Positions 53,101 to 64,000 of a stretch of 64,000 nucleotides of DNA are shown here, piece by piece (position 1 is the first letter of the stretch; each line of letters begins with the position of its first letter). A program made the position numbers and the translations under genes. The stretch is taken from the NCBI GenBank assembly GCA_032718475.1, contig JAUCBJ010000678.1:67882-131881 (forward strand), read 5' to 3'. Below the pieces are notes generated by a model. The model had not been told where the DNA came from and ran no database searches. It was given only the letters and a program-made list of their open reading frames with translations. Source of the DNA: Nemertoderma westbladi (Eukaryota; Animalia; Xenacoelomorpha).

Positions 53101-53142
53101 TCCGCAGTCGTGGCACCACAATAGGTCCGTCTGATATTCCAT
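50116..53142 (-). CDS. PRDM10: PR/SET domain zinc finger protein 10 homolog, intronless, 1008 aa
   Basis: Zinc knuckle WCHDC...CPIHG; PR domain FGPLEG...SNWMMYVRPA...EQNL...VWY. C2H2 fingers KDFLCATCGRRFARRDKL and FKCGDCGVGFRRRGMLVNH closely match PRDM10 as I recall it (KDFLCSTCGKQFKRKDKL, GFRRRGMLVNH). Q-rich C-terminus. Confidence 0.9.
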   Translation of the reverse strand: MEYQTDLLWCHDCGTSHNGDCPIHGGMALVPDRAVLPRALASIPTKLAVLRSGGVSTRRTFSPRTMFGPLEGIHCSHESDIPSDQTLKWKLSTRQGHVWINTTDENSSNWMMYVRPARDCTEQNLNAFQYKDAIYFSTIKTVSKNSEFRVWYSPHFAAFMNAMPLPVLLTDPILPVVTDAVEPVTDPTLPVVTDSVEPVTDSVEPLTDLLPLPHVEPTIEETYFVDTKNLEGCKGSPDSSDLVPVTKLKDGDRVHRPRKRAIYPIALVSCRKCGAGGLTIAERQSHRRRHLWERMEYLRSNGLAIVQTRRQKAGGKSYREQEEEVPLPGGEGEVVEGGQERAAPKRRKKNAAAGSLRSPSLITTECSICLRQFLIGVEFQQHWETAHTDDSELRDCGSACMLCEARFRDDIALSEHVTIHAGVAGRYDCPRCPEGSPDLANYDELLNHCRLSHWAGELFRCARCPKAFGRAERLKLHSLVHSGVKDFLCATCGRRFARRDKLNTHTARMHGPNAIQRPVRERFQPLHPPTDLSKFVFKCGDCGVGFRRRGMLVNHIVRIHPEVPPSTVPELSLPVVRPTKFYDCDQCNRTFRKALSRTNHYKRVHAVPDDVPNDVTQADSRLAIPHNTTPVYRCLLCTRQYTSKSKIHFHLRNLHKLEGGRARECYSDEIERATTDTGDIGDVAVLLGDSGPVLVSTVDPKPTEQGKPSVGLDELIDDDTVNDSEDDSAEDVLTRAMEELSNIDRSNTVIPRISEAPAPPPAVQTVDDTTGGLQLNLPLELVQLIFQDTAGCGAMNGTDGGGGIMNLGAVVSTHAVSVGTSCVSSTGAAPVGVGTVPVLSGGALPLGSDLTTHLSAATLNGLGINIHTALVQLQALQQRHALQQPQPHPLVLQSQMHHDQLQAMLPKDQSSSPFYLIQTPQPQTQPYLQTLPLSHTLEYVSQCNTEIHPGGTNFILNPNVSTPSGSGYVEQSIEAVADFVQRQHSIDLHCATSANRTPSKSNQLFKLS

Positions 53143-53539
53143 TTTGAGGAAATAAATGCTGAACTCTCTGACAGCCTACCAGTCAGCCGGTCCAGCAGTC
53201 TGCTCTCTGTTGGTGCTGGTGGGTTGCCTATCTGCCTTCTGCCTACTGGCTACTGCGACTGGCCTATATGATATCTGGCCAGGCCAGGATACGACTGATA
53301 CCGGTATCTGGGTATATCACATCATAGTACTGTAGTACCGGACCGGTACTGCGGTATCAGTTAATCAGTACGGTATATTATTGTCAATATGAATTCGCAA
53401 TACAGCAATAAATACATCGGTAGCTTACATACCGCAGTCAGGCAGTAGGCCTACCGGAAAAATGCTGAAAATATGACATGATGTGATATGCCAGTGGGGT
53501 ATTATGCTACAGGCAAACCAATGGGTGTTGACATTCACA

Positions 53540-54290
53540 GCAGCATAAGAATCAACGGCTACAATATTATGCGGGGTCGACACATGACCTTTCTTGGGGT
53601 AAAAATCTTTGGCTCAGAAAATGATATTGTTTGCGATATTCGTCAAGAACTGTTACTCCTCTCAAGTTTATTCTATAGGAAGGGTTGGACAACAAGGTGG
53701 TATAGCATAACCATAGCTACACTGTGGAGGTCTGTGGCTGAGCCTCGGCTACTGTTCTTTACCCGCCTTGCTGCCTTGTAATGGGCTCGATTTCTAGTTC
53801 TGAACGGGAGTCCATTGATGCCTTGCATCGGCGTGTCCTCAGAAACTTATTGCATGTCGGCAGCTATGTTAGTAACTCCGCAATCTATGACCTTATGGGG
53901 GTGCGACCATTGTCACTGGAATCCGTTCGGGCCTATGTGGGATTACTCTTTAGAATAAAGAACTGTCCTAAGAACACAAGACTTTAATCGGCCTTGAGAG
54001 TAGCTTTGTGTTTAATTGACAATGTATTATGGTATGACAATTGTATAGTGGCATTGGTAGTACACTCCGGGTCTGCGGTACCATGTTACCCACAACTTAA
54101 TCTTTATTGAACTTTAGTTATCATTTTAAATCTCTCATGTCTCGACTGGAAATGGGGACACCACTCATAGAGGATATCTTAAATATTGAATTTATCAGAA
54201 CGATTTATGACCTTGTTGGTATCACTTTCTCTGGAAAACATGACAGGATTTTACGATATTTTAATCGAGTCTAATTTTATTTCAATTTAA
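53540..54290 (+). mobile_element. Decayed non-LTR retrotransposon ORF2 C-terminal fragment
   Basis: Frameshifted peptides TFLGVKI...LWRSVAEPRLLF and IDALHRRVLRNLL...SNSAIYDLMGVRPL resemble the post-RT thumb region of LINEs. Confidence 0.5.
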
Positions 54291-54307
54291 TTTTTAATAG
54301 CCCTTCT

Positions 54308-54441
54308 GTACGGTGGCTGAATTGTGCCACTTAATACTTTTTTTTTATTTTTTTTTTGAAGCGACTTTTTGGTCGACCAAAAAGTCGCTTCAAAAAAAAA
54401 ATAAAAAAAAAGTATTAAGTGGCACAATTCAGCCACCGTAC
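54308..54441. mobile_element. Perfect 134-bp spacerless palindrome; TA-flanked MITE (54311-54438)
   Basis: Dyad at ggtc|gacc (54374/54375). T9-A-T10 is mirrored exactly by A10-T-A9. TA|cggtggc...gccaccg|TA. Confidence 0.9.
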
Positions 54442-55219
54442 TTCTGGAATATTGTCATGGATTATTTTTTTTTTATAAGACACCCTATTTCTACTTGTTA
54501 AATTGCACTATTGCTTCACTACAAATGGTTACACAACTTTCAAATATGTAATATTTAACAACTGTTTATTGCGCTTATTCCATTTTTATGGGTTGCTGTT
54601 GGTACTGTAACATTTAATTTAAGTGTGTATTTTGAATCGTAACCCTATAATGACTGTCAGTTTTTATTGTGCTGTGCACTTTTTACTACATTAATATCAA
54701 TTTTATTTGATTAAAGACAATGAAATGAAATGATGTATGCCTGTAGTTACCGTACTATAAACATACATACTAGGCTATACTAAAAACTACGGAAGGCCAT
54801 AACGGCCATGTCGCGTGCAAACTTCCATGTCGCGCGCGCAAACTTTATGCCATTTCCGTGTAGAAACATTTGCGCGTGCGACATGGAAGTATGCGCGCGC
54901 GACATGGTAGTTCGCGCACGCGACATGGAAGTTTGCGCGCGGACATGGAAGTTTGCGCGCGGACATGGAAGTTTGCGCGCGCGACATGGCAGTTCGCGCG
55001 CGCGACATGGAAGTTTGCGCGCGCGACATGGGAAAGCCCATAACGGCCATGTCGCGCGCAAACTTAATGTAATTTTTTGAATTTTGTCTGGGCGGGAAAT
55101 TTGAATTTATGTGACCTACTGTTTGACTGTTCAGCTGTAAGTAATGCAGGAGGAATACAGTTTAGCAGATTGAGTATGTGACAGTCTAGCAGTAGGTTAG
55201 CAGTGCTGCAGTGTAAGGT

Positions 55220-55909
55220 GGTACGTACTAAAAGGTAGAACGATCTATAACGGGCTATAACGATCTATAACGATCTATAACGGGCTATAACTTCCTATAA
55301 ACAAGCAAACAAGCTATAACCACCTATGACCTATAACGCGCTATAATATGAAAATTTACATTAAAAAAACGCCCCTTGGGTGTGTTTAACTTTTGGTTTA
55401 ACACGGTGGTCTGAAAAATACCGCAGGTTAAAAATTAGGGCAGGCCTATCTGCCCAAGCCTAATTGATACTGGTGGTAAGTTTTTTTTATTGGCCTATAT
55501 CTGTATATTGCTCACTATATTCCTGTATTCTATATCGACCAGAAGCTGACAGCGGATAGCAGGATGGAGGATAGACAGAGAGATGGGAGACCTCTCCACT
55601 ACTGCTGCACTGTCTGATAGTCAGATAATGCAGTAGTGGCATGCTGACTAATACAGTAATGACTGACTTCGTGATACCACAAAGATGAAAAGCATTATGG
55701 CGACTAAAAAACCAAATTGCCTAATTAAATTACTGACTAGGAAAATAAATCCATTGTAAAATAGGTTTTTTTATTGTAAATTTTCAGATTATAGCTCGTT
55801 ATAGGTGGTTATAGCTTGTTATAGGAAGTTATAGCCCGTTATAGATCGTTATAGCCCGTTATAGATCGTTATAGCACGTTATAGATCGTTCTACCTTTTA
55901 GTACGTTCC
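55220..55909. mobile_element. Foldback/MuDR-type MITE with 9-bp TSD
   Basis: TIR ggtacgtactaaaaggtagaacgatctataac with 10-bp subrepeats. Perfect TSD gtgtaaggt at 55211-55219 and 55910-55918. Confidence 0.9.
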
Positions 55910-56022
55910 GTGTAAGGTAGGTAATTGTTGTAGTTCTACAGTCAGTGTGAGAGTAGCAGAGAGCCTATACGGCTATAGCAGGCCTATTCCTGTTCAGGGG
56001 TTCACATTACAGTCAAACAGTA

Positions 56023-57245
56023 GGGTCAGTGAGGGAGACTTGACTTTAGGGGAGACTTGATTTTTTTTAATAACTCAAAAACTATTGTAAATTATTTAAC
56101 AATACCACACAAAAATGTGTAAAATACATGTTGGCTACACCCGCGCAACAATGTTTTATTACCTTTTGGTTATTTTTTGTTTTATTGTCAATAAACGTTT
56201 TCTGGGTTCAAAAGTAAATTTTTGCCCTTGTCAACGAATGAAATATCGCATCCTTATTTTACTGTATGTTAATTGTAATTCACATCATGTGTTGACTAAT
56301 TATTGCACTATCCTGCCATATATTGTTTTCCAGTTTTGGTTCAGCCGTTTTGAAATTATATCAATTAATATAAAAAAAGCCCATGTGGGGAGACATGACG
56401 CCCGAGTGTGAGGGAGACTTGAAGCCTTCAATGCTGACGTCTACCTAGAGATACACCCGCATAGAGAACCATTACACCAGAGCTCTCCAACTAGTTGATC
56501 GGCACTTACACAGACCAAGCTATCAATGGAATGTGAATACAATGGAGTGGCCAGAGAGAGAGAGAGAGAGAGAGGCCTTGATAAACCCAGCCAAGCCAAC
56601 CAACTTTTCCTTCCCTCTTTGCAATGTAGTTAGTAGCCCGCCAACTGGGTGATTGACAGGTTAAACAAGATGCCACTTCGTCAGAAAGCGGCACACATCA
56701 ATAGAATTACAGGAAAACAATTAATATATGCCTGGATTGAAAATTATACAAGATATTCATTAATAAAAAGTACCTTCCCGCGTTAAATTTTAATGCGATT
56801 TTAATGAACTATTATTTATTCAGTTCTTGTTGGGAGAACCATGTGAACGACCACCTAAATTTGTATAAAATTTTGGATAATAATTTAACAATTTAACAAT
56901 CGCATTTTTTGAATTTTTTTTGCTCTACTAGAAAATAGACATGTTGAACATGTAATTATTACACTTCTTCTGCATTTTTGAACGAATTTACAAGTATGCG
57001 GGGTGGGGTTCAAGTCTCCCACCCTAGGTGTCAAGTCTCCCCCCATTGAGGGAGACTTGACGCTTTTTCGAAAATACGAATAAGGTTTAATTAAAAAAAG
57101 TTTAAGAGTTGAAATTCTCAAACTCTCACATAATGATAGCAATCATAAATGTAATGTGAAAAAGTTAAAACGGCATTGAAAAATTTATTTATCTGTTCTT
57201 TAGAGCAATTATAACTTTTGGGGTTCAAGTCTCCCTCACTCACCC
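56023..57245. mobile_element. TA-flanked MITE inserted in the right TIR of the 54788-57476 element
   Basis: TA|gggtcagtgagggagacttga ... tcaagtctccctcactcaccc|TA. Internal gggagacttga repeats. Removing it restores acagtcaaacagtaggacatg. Confidence 0.85.
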
Positions 57246-57710
57246 TAGGACATGTAAATTCAAATTTCCCGCCCAGAAAAAATTCATAATGGAAATGACA
57301 TGAGGTTTGCGCGCGACATGGCCGTTATGTCCTTGCCCATGTCGCGCGCGCAAACTTCCATGTGGGGCGCGCAAACTTTCATGTCGCGCGCGCAAATGTT
57401 TCTACACCGAAATGGCATAAAGTTTGCGTGCTGACATGGAAGTTTGCGCGCGACATGGCCGATATGGGCTTCCGTAAAAAAACAGACGAAACCTAACTAT
57501 TGTACAGTGACTACAACTGTAAATAAGATTATGACAGTATGACGTGAGTGTATATATGATTTGACATGAGTTACTGGGTGCTGGGCCTGGGGGTGTCGAT
57601 TCTCTCACACATAAATACGATTATGTGTGTGTGATTATCGACTTTACCGAGATAATCATCTGGAATCTTCATTTAACCCGAATCAAATTTACTTCCAAAG
57701 TTGCTCAATA

Positions 57711-58169
57711 CAATGGCGAATCCAATCCAGTTGCCCCCCCCCCCCCCCCCCCCCCCTCCCCCTAAGCGGAAACAATGTGCGAGTGAAATGAGAGGTTTAT
57801 GAGAGTGGGATAATTAATGATTGTATGCAAACTGTTTTTATTTGGAAGAGCATATAAATATTATACAATATATATGTCATACAAACATGTAATTAATGTA
57901 GGCCTATATGTAATTATCGTTTAATGAATAAATTAGATAGTGGGTTGTCTTAACGATATTTTTATTTTTCTAAAATTGTAATGAATTTCAAATTTATTCA
58001 CTTTCATAAACTTTTTGAGTCAGAGTTACTATTTTCGCTCTGCCAAACACTTACACTTTCTGAGAGAGGTTCGAAGACCAATTTTGCTGTAATATTCTTA
58101 CTTTCAATTCTTACTTAAGATTCAATATTCTACAATTCTGCTGTAAGAAATATTCTGGATCCGCGCCTG
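57711..58169. mobile_element. hAT-type MITE
   Basis: caatggcgaatcca vs ctggatccgcgcctg. 8-bp TSD gctcaata/gctcagta with 1 mismatch. Confidence 0.65.
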
Positions 58170-58244
58170 GCTCAGTATAACTGAGAAATATTTATTTGTA
58201 GGGATTTTCGCAATTAGGGGAGTGATCTCAGGATCTCAGCTTAA

Positions 58245-58410
58245 GGGGAGTGTTCTCAGCCTAGGCTGAGATAACTGGGGAGTGTTCTCAGCTTAGGCTG
58301 AGATAACTGGGGAGTGTTCTCAGCTTAGGCTGAGATAACTGGGGAGTGTTCTCAGCTTAGGCTGAGCCTGAGATAACTGGGGAGTCATTTCAAAGGGGAG
58401 TTATCTCAGC
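58245..58410. repeat. 32-bp tandem repeat with internal hairpin (ggggagtgttctcagcttaggctgagataact), about 5 copies
   Basis: Directly visible; tctcagc...gctgaga stem in each unit. Confidence 0.8.
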
Positions 58411-58645
58411 CTTGAGCCTTGTACACCGGTACTGTAGCTGATAAAATATAAAACGACGATTTGGTCTACATCGGAATGTACATCAGTAGGTGTTATACTG
58501 TATGATGTTAGAGTGATAATGTAGATATGTTAGATATTCTACAGTATTTAATGTTTACAACAAAAGAAAATGAGCTCGATAAATTGTTCCTTTTGTATTC
58601 TAGTCGAACTGTTCGTTCGCAATTCTACTGAAATTTTATTCACAG

Positions 58646-58806
58646 GGGATAAAACTCCAAGTTACGACGATGTAAAGAAACTTCCATATATAGAAGCAGC
58701 AACGAGAGAAATCATTCGAGCTGGAAGGGCAATAAGGTCAACATTCTTCTACCAGACACCCAGTGATACTAAGGAAACTACCCTCCTTGGTTATACAATC
58801 CCCAAG
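58646..58806 (+). CDS. Cytochrome P450, coding exon 6 (K helix ExxR, beta1-4)
   Basis: Acceptor cacag|GG matches phase 1 of exon 5. GDKTPSYDDVKKLPYIEAATREIIR...TTLLGYTIPK. Donor aag|gtacag. Confidence 0.9.
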
Positions 58807-60756
58807 GTACAGTACTGTATGGCACTACGGCGCTGTGTAACAAAATATATAGAGTACGGCACTGTAGAAACATAATGTACTGTACTGAAGAAAGATGATA
58901 GGCCATTAATTTACATAAAATTACTCCATTTTAATAATTATAGAATTTGCATACCCGTAATAATGACTCGATATAAAAATGTTAAATTCTGTATGTACAA
59001 TAATAATAATAAAATCGGACATATGTTTCTACAGCATAGGCCCCTGTTGTACATTAATTAAATTATTATTATATTTAAATATTGTGAATTATAAAATACA
59101 ATGTAGACCCCCTATACACCATGTCCTGTAATATACTTTAGTTATAGTTATTCTTGTACATGTAACACTTAATTCCTCCTGGGTGGGTGAGTTGGAATTT
59201 GTAAAAGCCTTTGCTGAATTGCCCCGTTATTTTTATTATCTTTTACATTAAAATACTCTGTAGTTGATTTAATAAGTGTAAGAGACCGTATTATTGCTGT
59301 ATCGGTGTTTTTAGAGGATCTAAGACCGATTTCCTCCGTATGTGTACTGTGAAAGGCATATTTTATGATTCTATGGCAATTCGTGACGCAAAGGGATGAT
59401 AGCTACTCTTGAACAGTAGTTACTATGACTACGGTTAACAGCTGACATTCATACGTGTTGATTTCCTTTGTTCTACGGCGTCTCTCAGTTCAGTCAGCCA
59501 ATTAGAGCGTTTTGTGGCTCCTTGTACAGAAAATTTCCGAGAAATGACGCAATGCCTATGTGCAGTGTTTACATTCAGTCTTGAGCCAAAGAAAGAACGG
59601 CTTGGAAGTATTTTGTGCTATACTGTCTTTTAGTCTTACACTAGTAGGTTTAATTATAAAGGGCATATATCCTTTAACGCATCTAATGACTACTGATAAC
59701 TTATCATACATCCTGACTGCTGAAACATTGCAAACTCATAACAATCAGTGTTCAGTTGTTGTGTTATACTGCTATTTACTGTCATTTCTTCATAATATGG
59801 TTGATGAATTATTATATTTGGAATAACGATAAACAACCCCGAAACCCAATGTTCTTGATATACCGAAGGTAAGAGAGAAGGGTTACAGATAAACGATTGT
59901 GACTTATGTTAAAGTGGTTTGAAGTGAATCCAATGTTATTTGATAGACCCTACATGAGTCAGCCTGTGTTCCTTTTATATGTGACTAAAATCAGTGAAGA
60001 TTGGCAGATTAGTGTGCAGTATTGTGCAGCATTGTGTATGAGTGAGTCTGTTAAAGAAGCATTCCTAAAGAATGCGCCATATATGTGAATTATAATTAAG
60101 CCATATCGTTGTGAGTAGTTTAAGTCATAACTCTGTTTATATAGATAAAGCGCCACGTCCTAAAGGAACTGTTAATATTCCCGAAGGTGAATAATATTGT
60201 CAGAGATTATATAATACTGTCAGTCGAATAATACATTAGGCTTACATAGCAATAAAATTAAACCGTCGAACCCAATCTCCCGGGAATATCCAGCGGGTGA
60301 ATGGTCGCGCACGGATTGGTTTCGACTAGTGTAGTGAATCAAATACTTGTCATAGACTAAAAAGCAGATTTAATATCTAGAAGACATCTTAATTTGGTGG
60401 GTTAAACTGCCAAAGGTCTGAAAGCGCGAACATTAAAGGATATAGCTTCTTTGTTGCAGTAAGCAATAAAGTTAAAAGTACCGGTCAACCGGTACATCTG
60501 TAGGTCAGTAGGCCCAACTGCCAGAACCGGTACCAGTAGGCCTGACTACCTAACCACCCGGACCGGTACCTACAGCAGTACAGGTACAGCAGTATTATTC
60601 GATTTTGATAGTTGTATACTGGTAGGTCTTAGTACTTAATCAGGGAACGGCCGCCCTGATTTTTTATTGAGATTTTACTTATTTCTGTCAAGTTTTATTT
60701 GTTTGTAGGCCAGTATTGAACAGAAGGCGTGTAAACCTGATCAGATTGTACAGACA

Positions 60757-61320
60757 ATTTGTAGGCTGAGCTGTTGTCTGATTGCTGTTAAGTCCGAACG
60801 AATTGCAGTGTGTGTAGAGCACTTGTCCGATTAAGTACGGTTAGGAAGTAGGGGCAGCCAATGCGGTAAGGTAATCCCCCAGCTAAAGAATAAGTCGCAC
60901 TACTGGGTTAGAGCGCATACTCCCTAATCATTTCGGAGTCTGCATGTCCTGTAATTTATTTAGGCTTGAGAGTAGTCTGCCATCGTTTAGTCTCTACTTT
61001 GTTTGTGTAAGTCTGTACGGGTAGCGTATAATTTTATTTAGATAATTTGTAGGCTGGATAGTTGTCTGGCTGTTATTAGGTCTGAACGGATTGCTGCGTG
61101 TGTAGATCATCTGTCCGATTAAGTACGATTAGGCAGTAGGGGCAGCGAAGCTGTAAGGTAAACCCCCGACTAAAGAATAAGTCGCACTACTGGGTTAGAG
61201 CGCATACTCCCTAATCATTTCGGAGTCTGCATATAACGTAGTTTGTTTAGGCTTAATAGTAGTCTGTCAGTGTTCGGTCTGTATTTTGTTTGAGTAGTTT
61301 GTACGCGTAGCGTAATATTT
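60757..61320 (+). repeat. Tandem duplication of about 287 bp
   Basis: tactgggttagagcgcatactccctaatcatttcggagtctgcat at 60901 and 61188; flanks more diverged. Confidence 0.85.
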
Positions 61321-62642
61321 ATTATTCAGAGTTTATGCGATTATTCGCAACATTCAAGTCCCTAAGTTTGTTCCTACAGTAATTGTGTTTGTTATACATA
61401 CCGTTATAGTTAAATTAACCTCGGTACTACACGGGCTGCTCGGCGTAGGTAAAGACTGGTGATTTTGTGCATCGGTCACTCCAGCAGATGCCGTGGTTCT
61501 TTTAGCTGTTCAAGTATATTTAATTACTGATTATCTGTTATACAAGTACTCGTACCTAATTTAGGGTTTAGTGTACGGTACTTTCCGAAGTAATTATTGT
61601 AGGCATTATATTTGTGTTGTAAAGTGGTTGATAGGCACATTCGATTAGCTCTATTAACTTCTAGGTAGGAACACTCCGTGATACATAACGTAGAACCTAT
61701 AGCGATACGGCTATAGGTCGTCAGGCGGTGGTATTTTCCTATCTAGACAACGCAGTGTATTTACTACTACTTATTATTTCAAATACCGTAGTACCCTGTC
61801 CGCTGTAATAATCAGTTTTCTAACCCTTTGTTAGGCTGGTTTGTAGACTTCTTGTAAAATTACCCTAAAAATTCGTATTTGTGTTTTTGTAAAATTTTGT
61901 GTTTATTTAGAGATTGTAATCTCAACCCGAATTGTACGTAATTTGTAGTATTAAGTAACTTAGGTAAATTAGTATTATTTGTTTTAGTGTCTCATAAGTA
62001 ACACTTCATTGAAAGCGCACCGCTTTGTGTAGTGATTACCCCCAGAAATAATAACATTTATTTCAAACATTGACAAAACCCATTAAAACGGGTATATATA
62101 TATTATAAATCAAATCTAACGATTTATAAATAGTAGGCCTACCATATAACAATTAGGTCTCAATATCAGTTGGACTACTGCTCAAATAACGGTAATAAAG
62201 TAAGTAAGTAACCAAGTAACCCTAAAATACAGAAATTCAATTATTTATAATAATTGATATACCGGTATTTACGATAGGCCTATTATCTTTATTTCTATAA
62301 ATTTAGGCTGAAATTATACCGGTACTTGTAATTAATTCTAGTCCAGAATTATATATACTATAAATTGTAAGCTGTATACCGGTATTCCGATAGGCCTATT
62401 ATATATTTATATATATTTGTGCTAAAATTATACCGGTATTCTGTGATAAACCTAGTCTGTAATAATACTTATATAGTTATATATACTATAAGTATACCGG
62501 TATTCTAATATATTATATATATATCACGCTACACTGAGTAGCAGTAACGGTAATTAATTACTAGGCTAGCAGTTCATACTGAGTTACTAGACTTGCTTAG
62601 ACTGTAATATAGCAGTAGGCATTCAACTGTACATACCTAGTC

Positions 62643-64000
62643 ATGTCTGATACTAAGCAGAACCTGTCAGACAGTTTATTAGATGTAACTATCTGCGACT
62701 CAGATAGAGACGTACAACTGTCTGGTCGTAAATCCAGTTCACCTCCCACTGTGAGGAAGGTCATCCCTCCAGTAGTAATAACAGAACCTAGGCTGGTCCA
62801 ACATCGTAGGTCTATCATAGGCACCCGAGCTCAGGTCAAGCGGGACCAACAAGCGGCGGAACAGCAACAACCCGCTAGTCAAGAACTTATTCCTCAGCGG
62901 CCCAGCAGCTCCAGTAGTGAGGATACTGTAGAGCTGACACCCGAGAGCGGAGCAGAGATGACGGATGCGGTTTATACGGATCCCCTTCTCATCCTTCCTG
63001 CAGCCGTGCTCGCTGGGTTATTGATCGCGGTGGAAGAACACCAGATCGATTGGGCGAGGAGTCAACGGATTAACTAGAGATAGTTATGCGGGGTACACTA
63101 GTGAAGAACTGAAGTCCATTGTCGAGTCGCAATGGAACTTCCCCGGACCCGGACTCCCGTTTGATTTATCAGAAGCTGCCTGGGAAGACATACACCGGAT
63201 GGGAGTAGCCAAGGAAACCATCGATCCAGCTGTGTGGAAGAGGTCCGCAGCCGGATACGCACAGGGATTCTTCAGCTCTATGGAGCGAATAGAAAAGCAA
63301 CTTTTTCAACAACCTCAAGGACCTCAAGAGCAGGGATCGCTGCTTTATCAAGTTAGAGAAAGAGTTCTGCGGATTAGGCTAATCTTATCCGCCTTTGAGG
63401 AGGCTTCTAAAAGAAGGCAAGACACGTCGTTGCAAGTTGCCGTAAAGACTTGGTTTCAACGGGTGAGTCGCCAGGTTCAAGGAGCAGCTCAGTGGAAGGC
63501 TCAGTTGGAGGAGCGCTCAACCCATGGAGAATCAACAGACGCTACTTTTTCCCAAGTGGAAAGTGAAGCGACGGCAGAGAAACCGCATAAGAAGGATGCC
63601 ATTGATATCTATCTGTCAGACTATCAGCGTTTTGTGGGAGATGAAGAGTTGAGGAGAAGGCTAGAGGGACTTAGCCCTAATAGCGAAGGAGCCAAACTTG
63701 TGTTAGATGCGATTGATGTGGATAGGTTAGCGGCGAACCAAGCTAAATTCGATGAACAACTCCGCATCGCTAGAGAAAGGGAAGAACAAGTAAGGAAAAA
63801 GCGTATAGAAGACAGAAAGATAGCAGCAGTGGCAGAGGCAGAAAGAAAAGCGGCAGCGGCAGAGGCAAAAGCGGCAGCGGCAGCGGCAAAAGCGGCAGCA
63901 GTGGCGGAAGCAGAACGAACAGCGGCAAAAGCGGCAGCAGTGGCGGAAGCAGAACGAACAGCGGCAAAAGCGGCAGCAGTGGCGGAAGCAGAACGAACAG
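62643..64000 (+). CDS. Gag/ORF1-like protein, one frameshift near 63030-63075, running off the window
   Basis: ORF 62643-63077, then a second frame open from about 63061 (VNGLTRDSYAGY...) to the window end. Coiled-coil-like segment and 13-aa repeats AAKAAAVAEAERT (39-bp unit). Confidence 0.5.

Larger units (their letters stand above)
54788..57476. mobile_element. MITE with long repeat-containing TIRs (cgacatggaagtttgcgcg units), host of two nested insertions
   Basis: tacggaaggccataacggccatgtcg vs cgacatggccgatatgggcttccgta. Inner TIR parts 55087-55130 match 57246-57278 and 56009-56022. Confidence 0.8.
59102..64000 (+). mobile_element. Probable LTR retrotransposon 5' part (candidate LTR about 59102-60386, long leader, gag-like ORF)
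   Basis: TG...CA segment containing CCAAT, TATA-like and AATAAA motifs, followed by tggtgg at 60395 (possible PBS). Long leader, then an ORF from 62643. No second LTR or pol in the window, so boundaries are tentative. Confidence 0.42.

Noticed and set aside
50340-53134. Multiple + strand ORFs overlapping PRDM10
   Set aside because: Antisense shadows of a GC-rich coding sequence.
54780-55080. ORFs with RARKLPC/MSRAQTS repeats
   Set aside because: Translations of MITE TIR subrepeats.

Overview
Repeat-rich animal (invertebrate-looking) genomic DNA, not a prokaryotic region. The backbone is a + strand spliced clan-2-like cytochrome P450 gene. Six phase-compatible GT-AG exons can be threaded by hand from 13810 to 58806; the PERF and heme-Cys exons are not in the window. 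The predicted protein is atypical: no N-terminal membrane anchor, WxxxR changed to IxxxR, and I-helix AGxE/DT changed to ASFAST. Intron 3 opens with about 190 tandem 69-bp copies of the exon-3 tip plus its own splice donor, followed by a 9.4-kb asymmetric foldback-like element. Intron 5 holds a 6.9-kb composite inverted-repeat element (foldback ends, Polinton-like AGTAGT inner termini, CTCF-like motifs, tRNA-like units, palindromic arrays, a decayed C2H2/acidic gene), an intronless antisense PRDM10 gene, a LINE fragment and nested MITEs. Intron 6 starts a probable LTR retrotransposon. Upstream are a probable zDHHC13/17-like terminal exon, a 1532-bp-offset duplication of a LINE ORF1-like fragment, and 25-bp and 17-bp satellites. 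Most long ORFs in the supplied track are satellite artefacts. All calls were made by eye; no database search was run.
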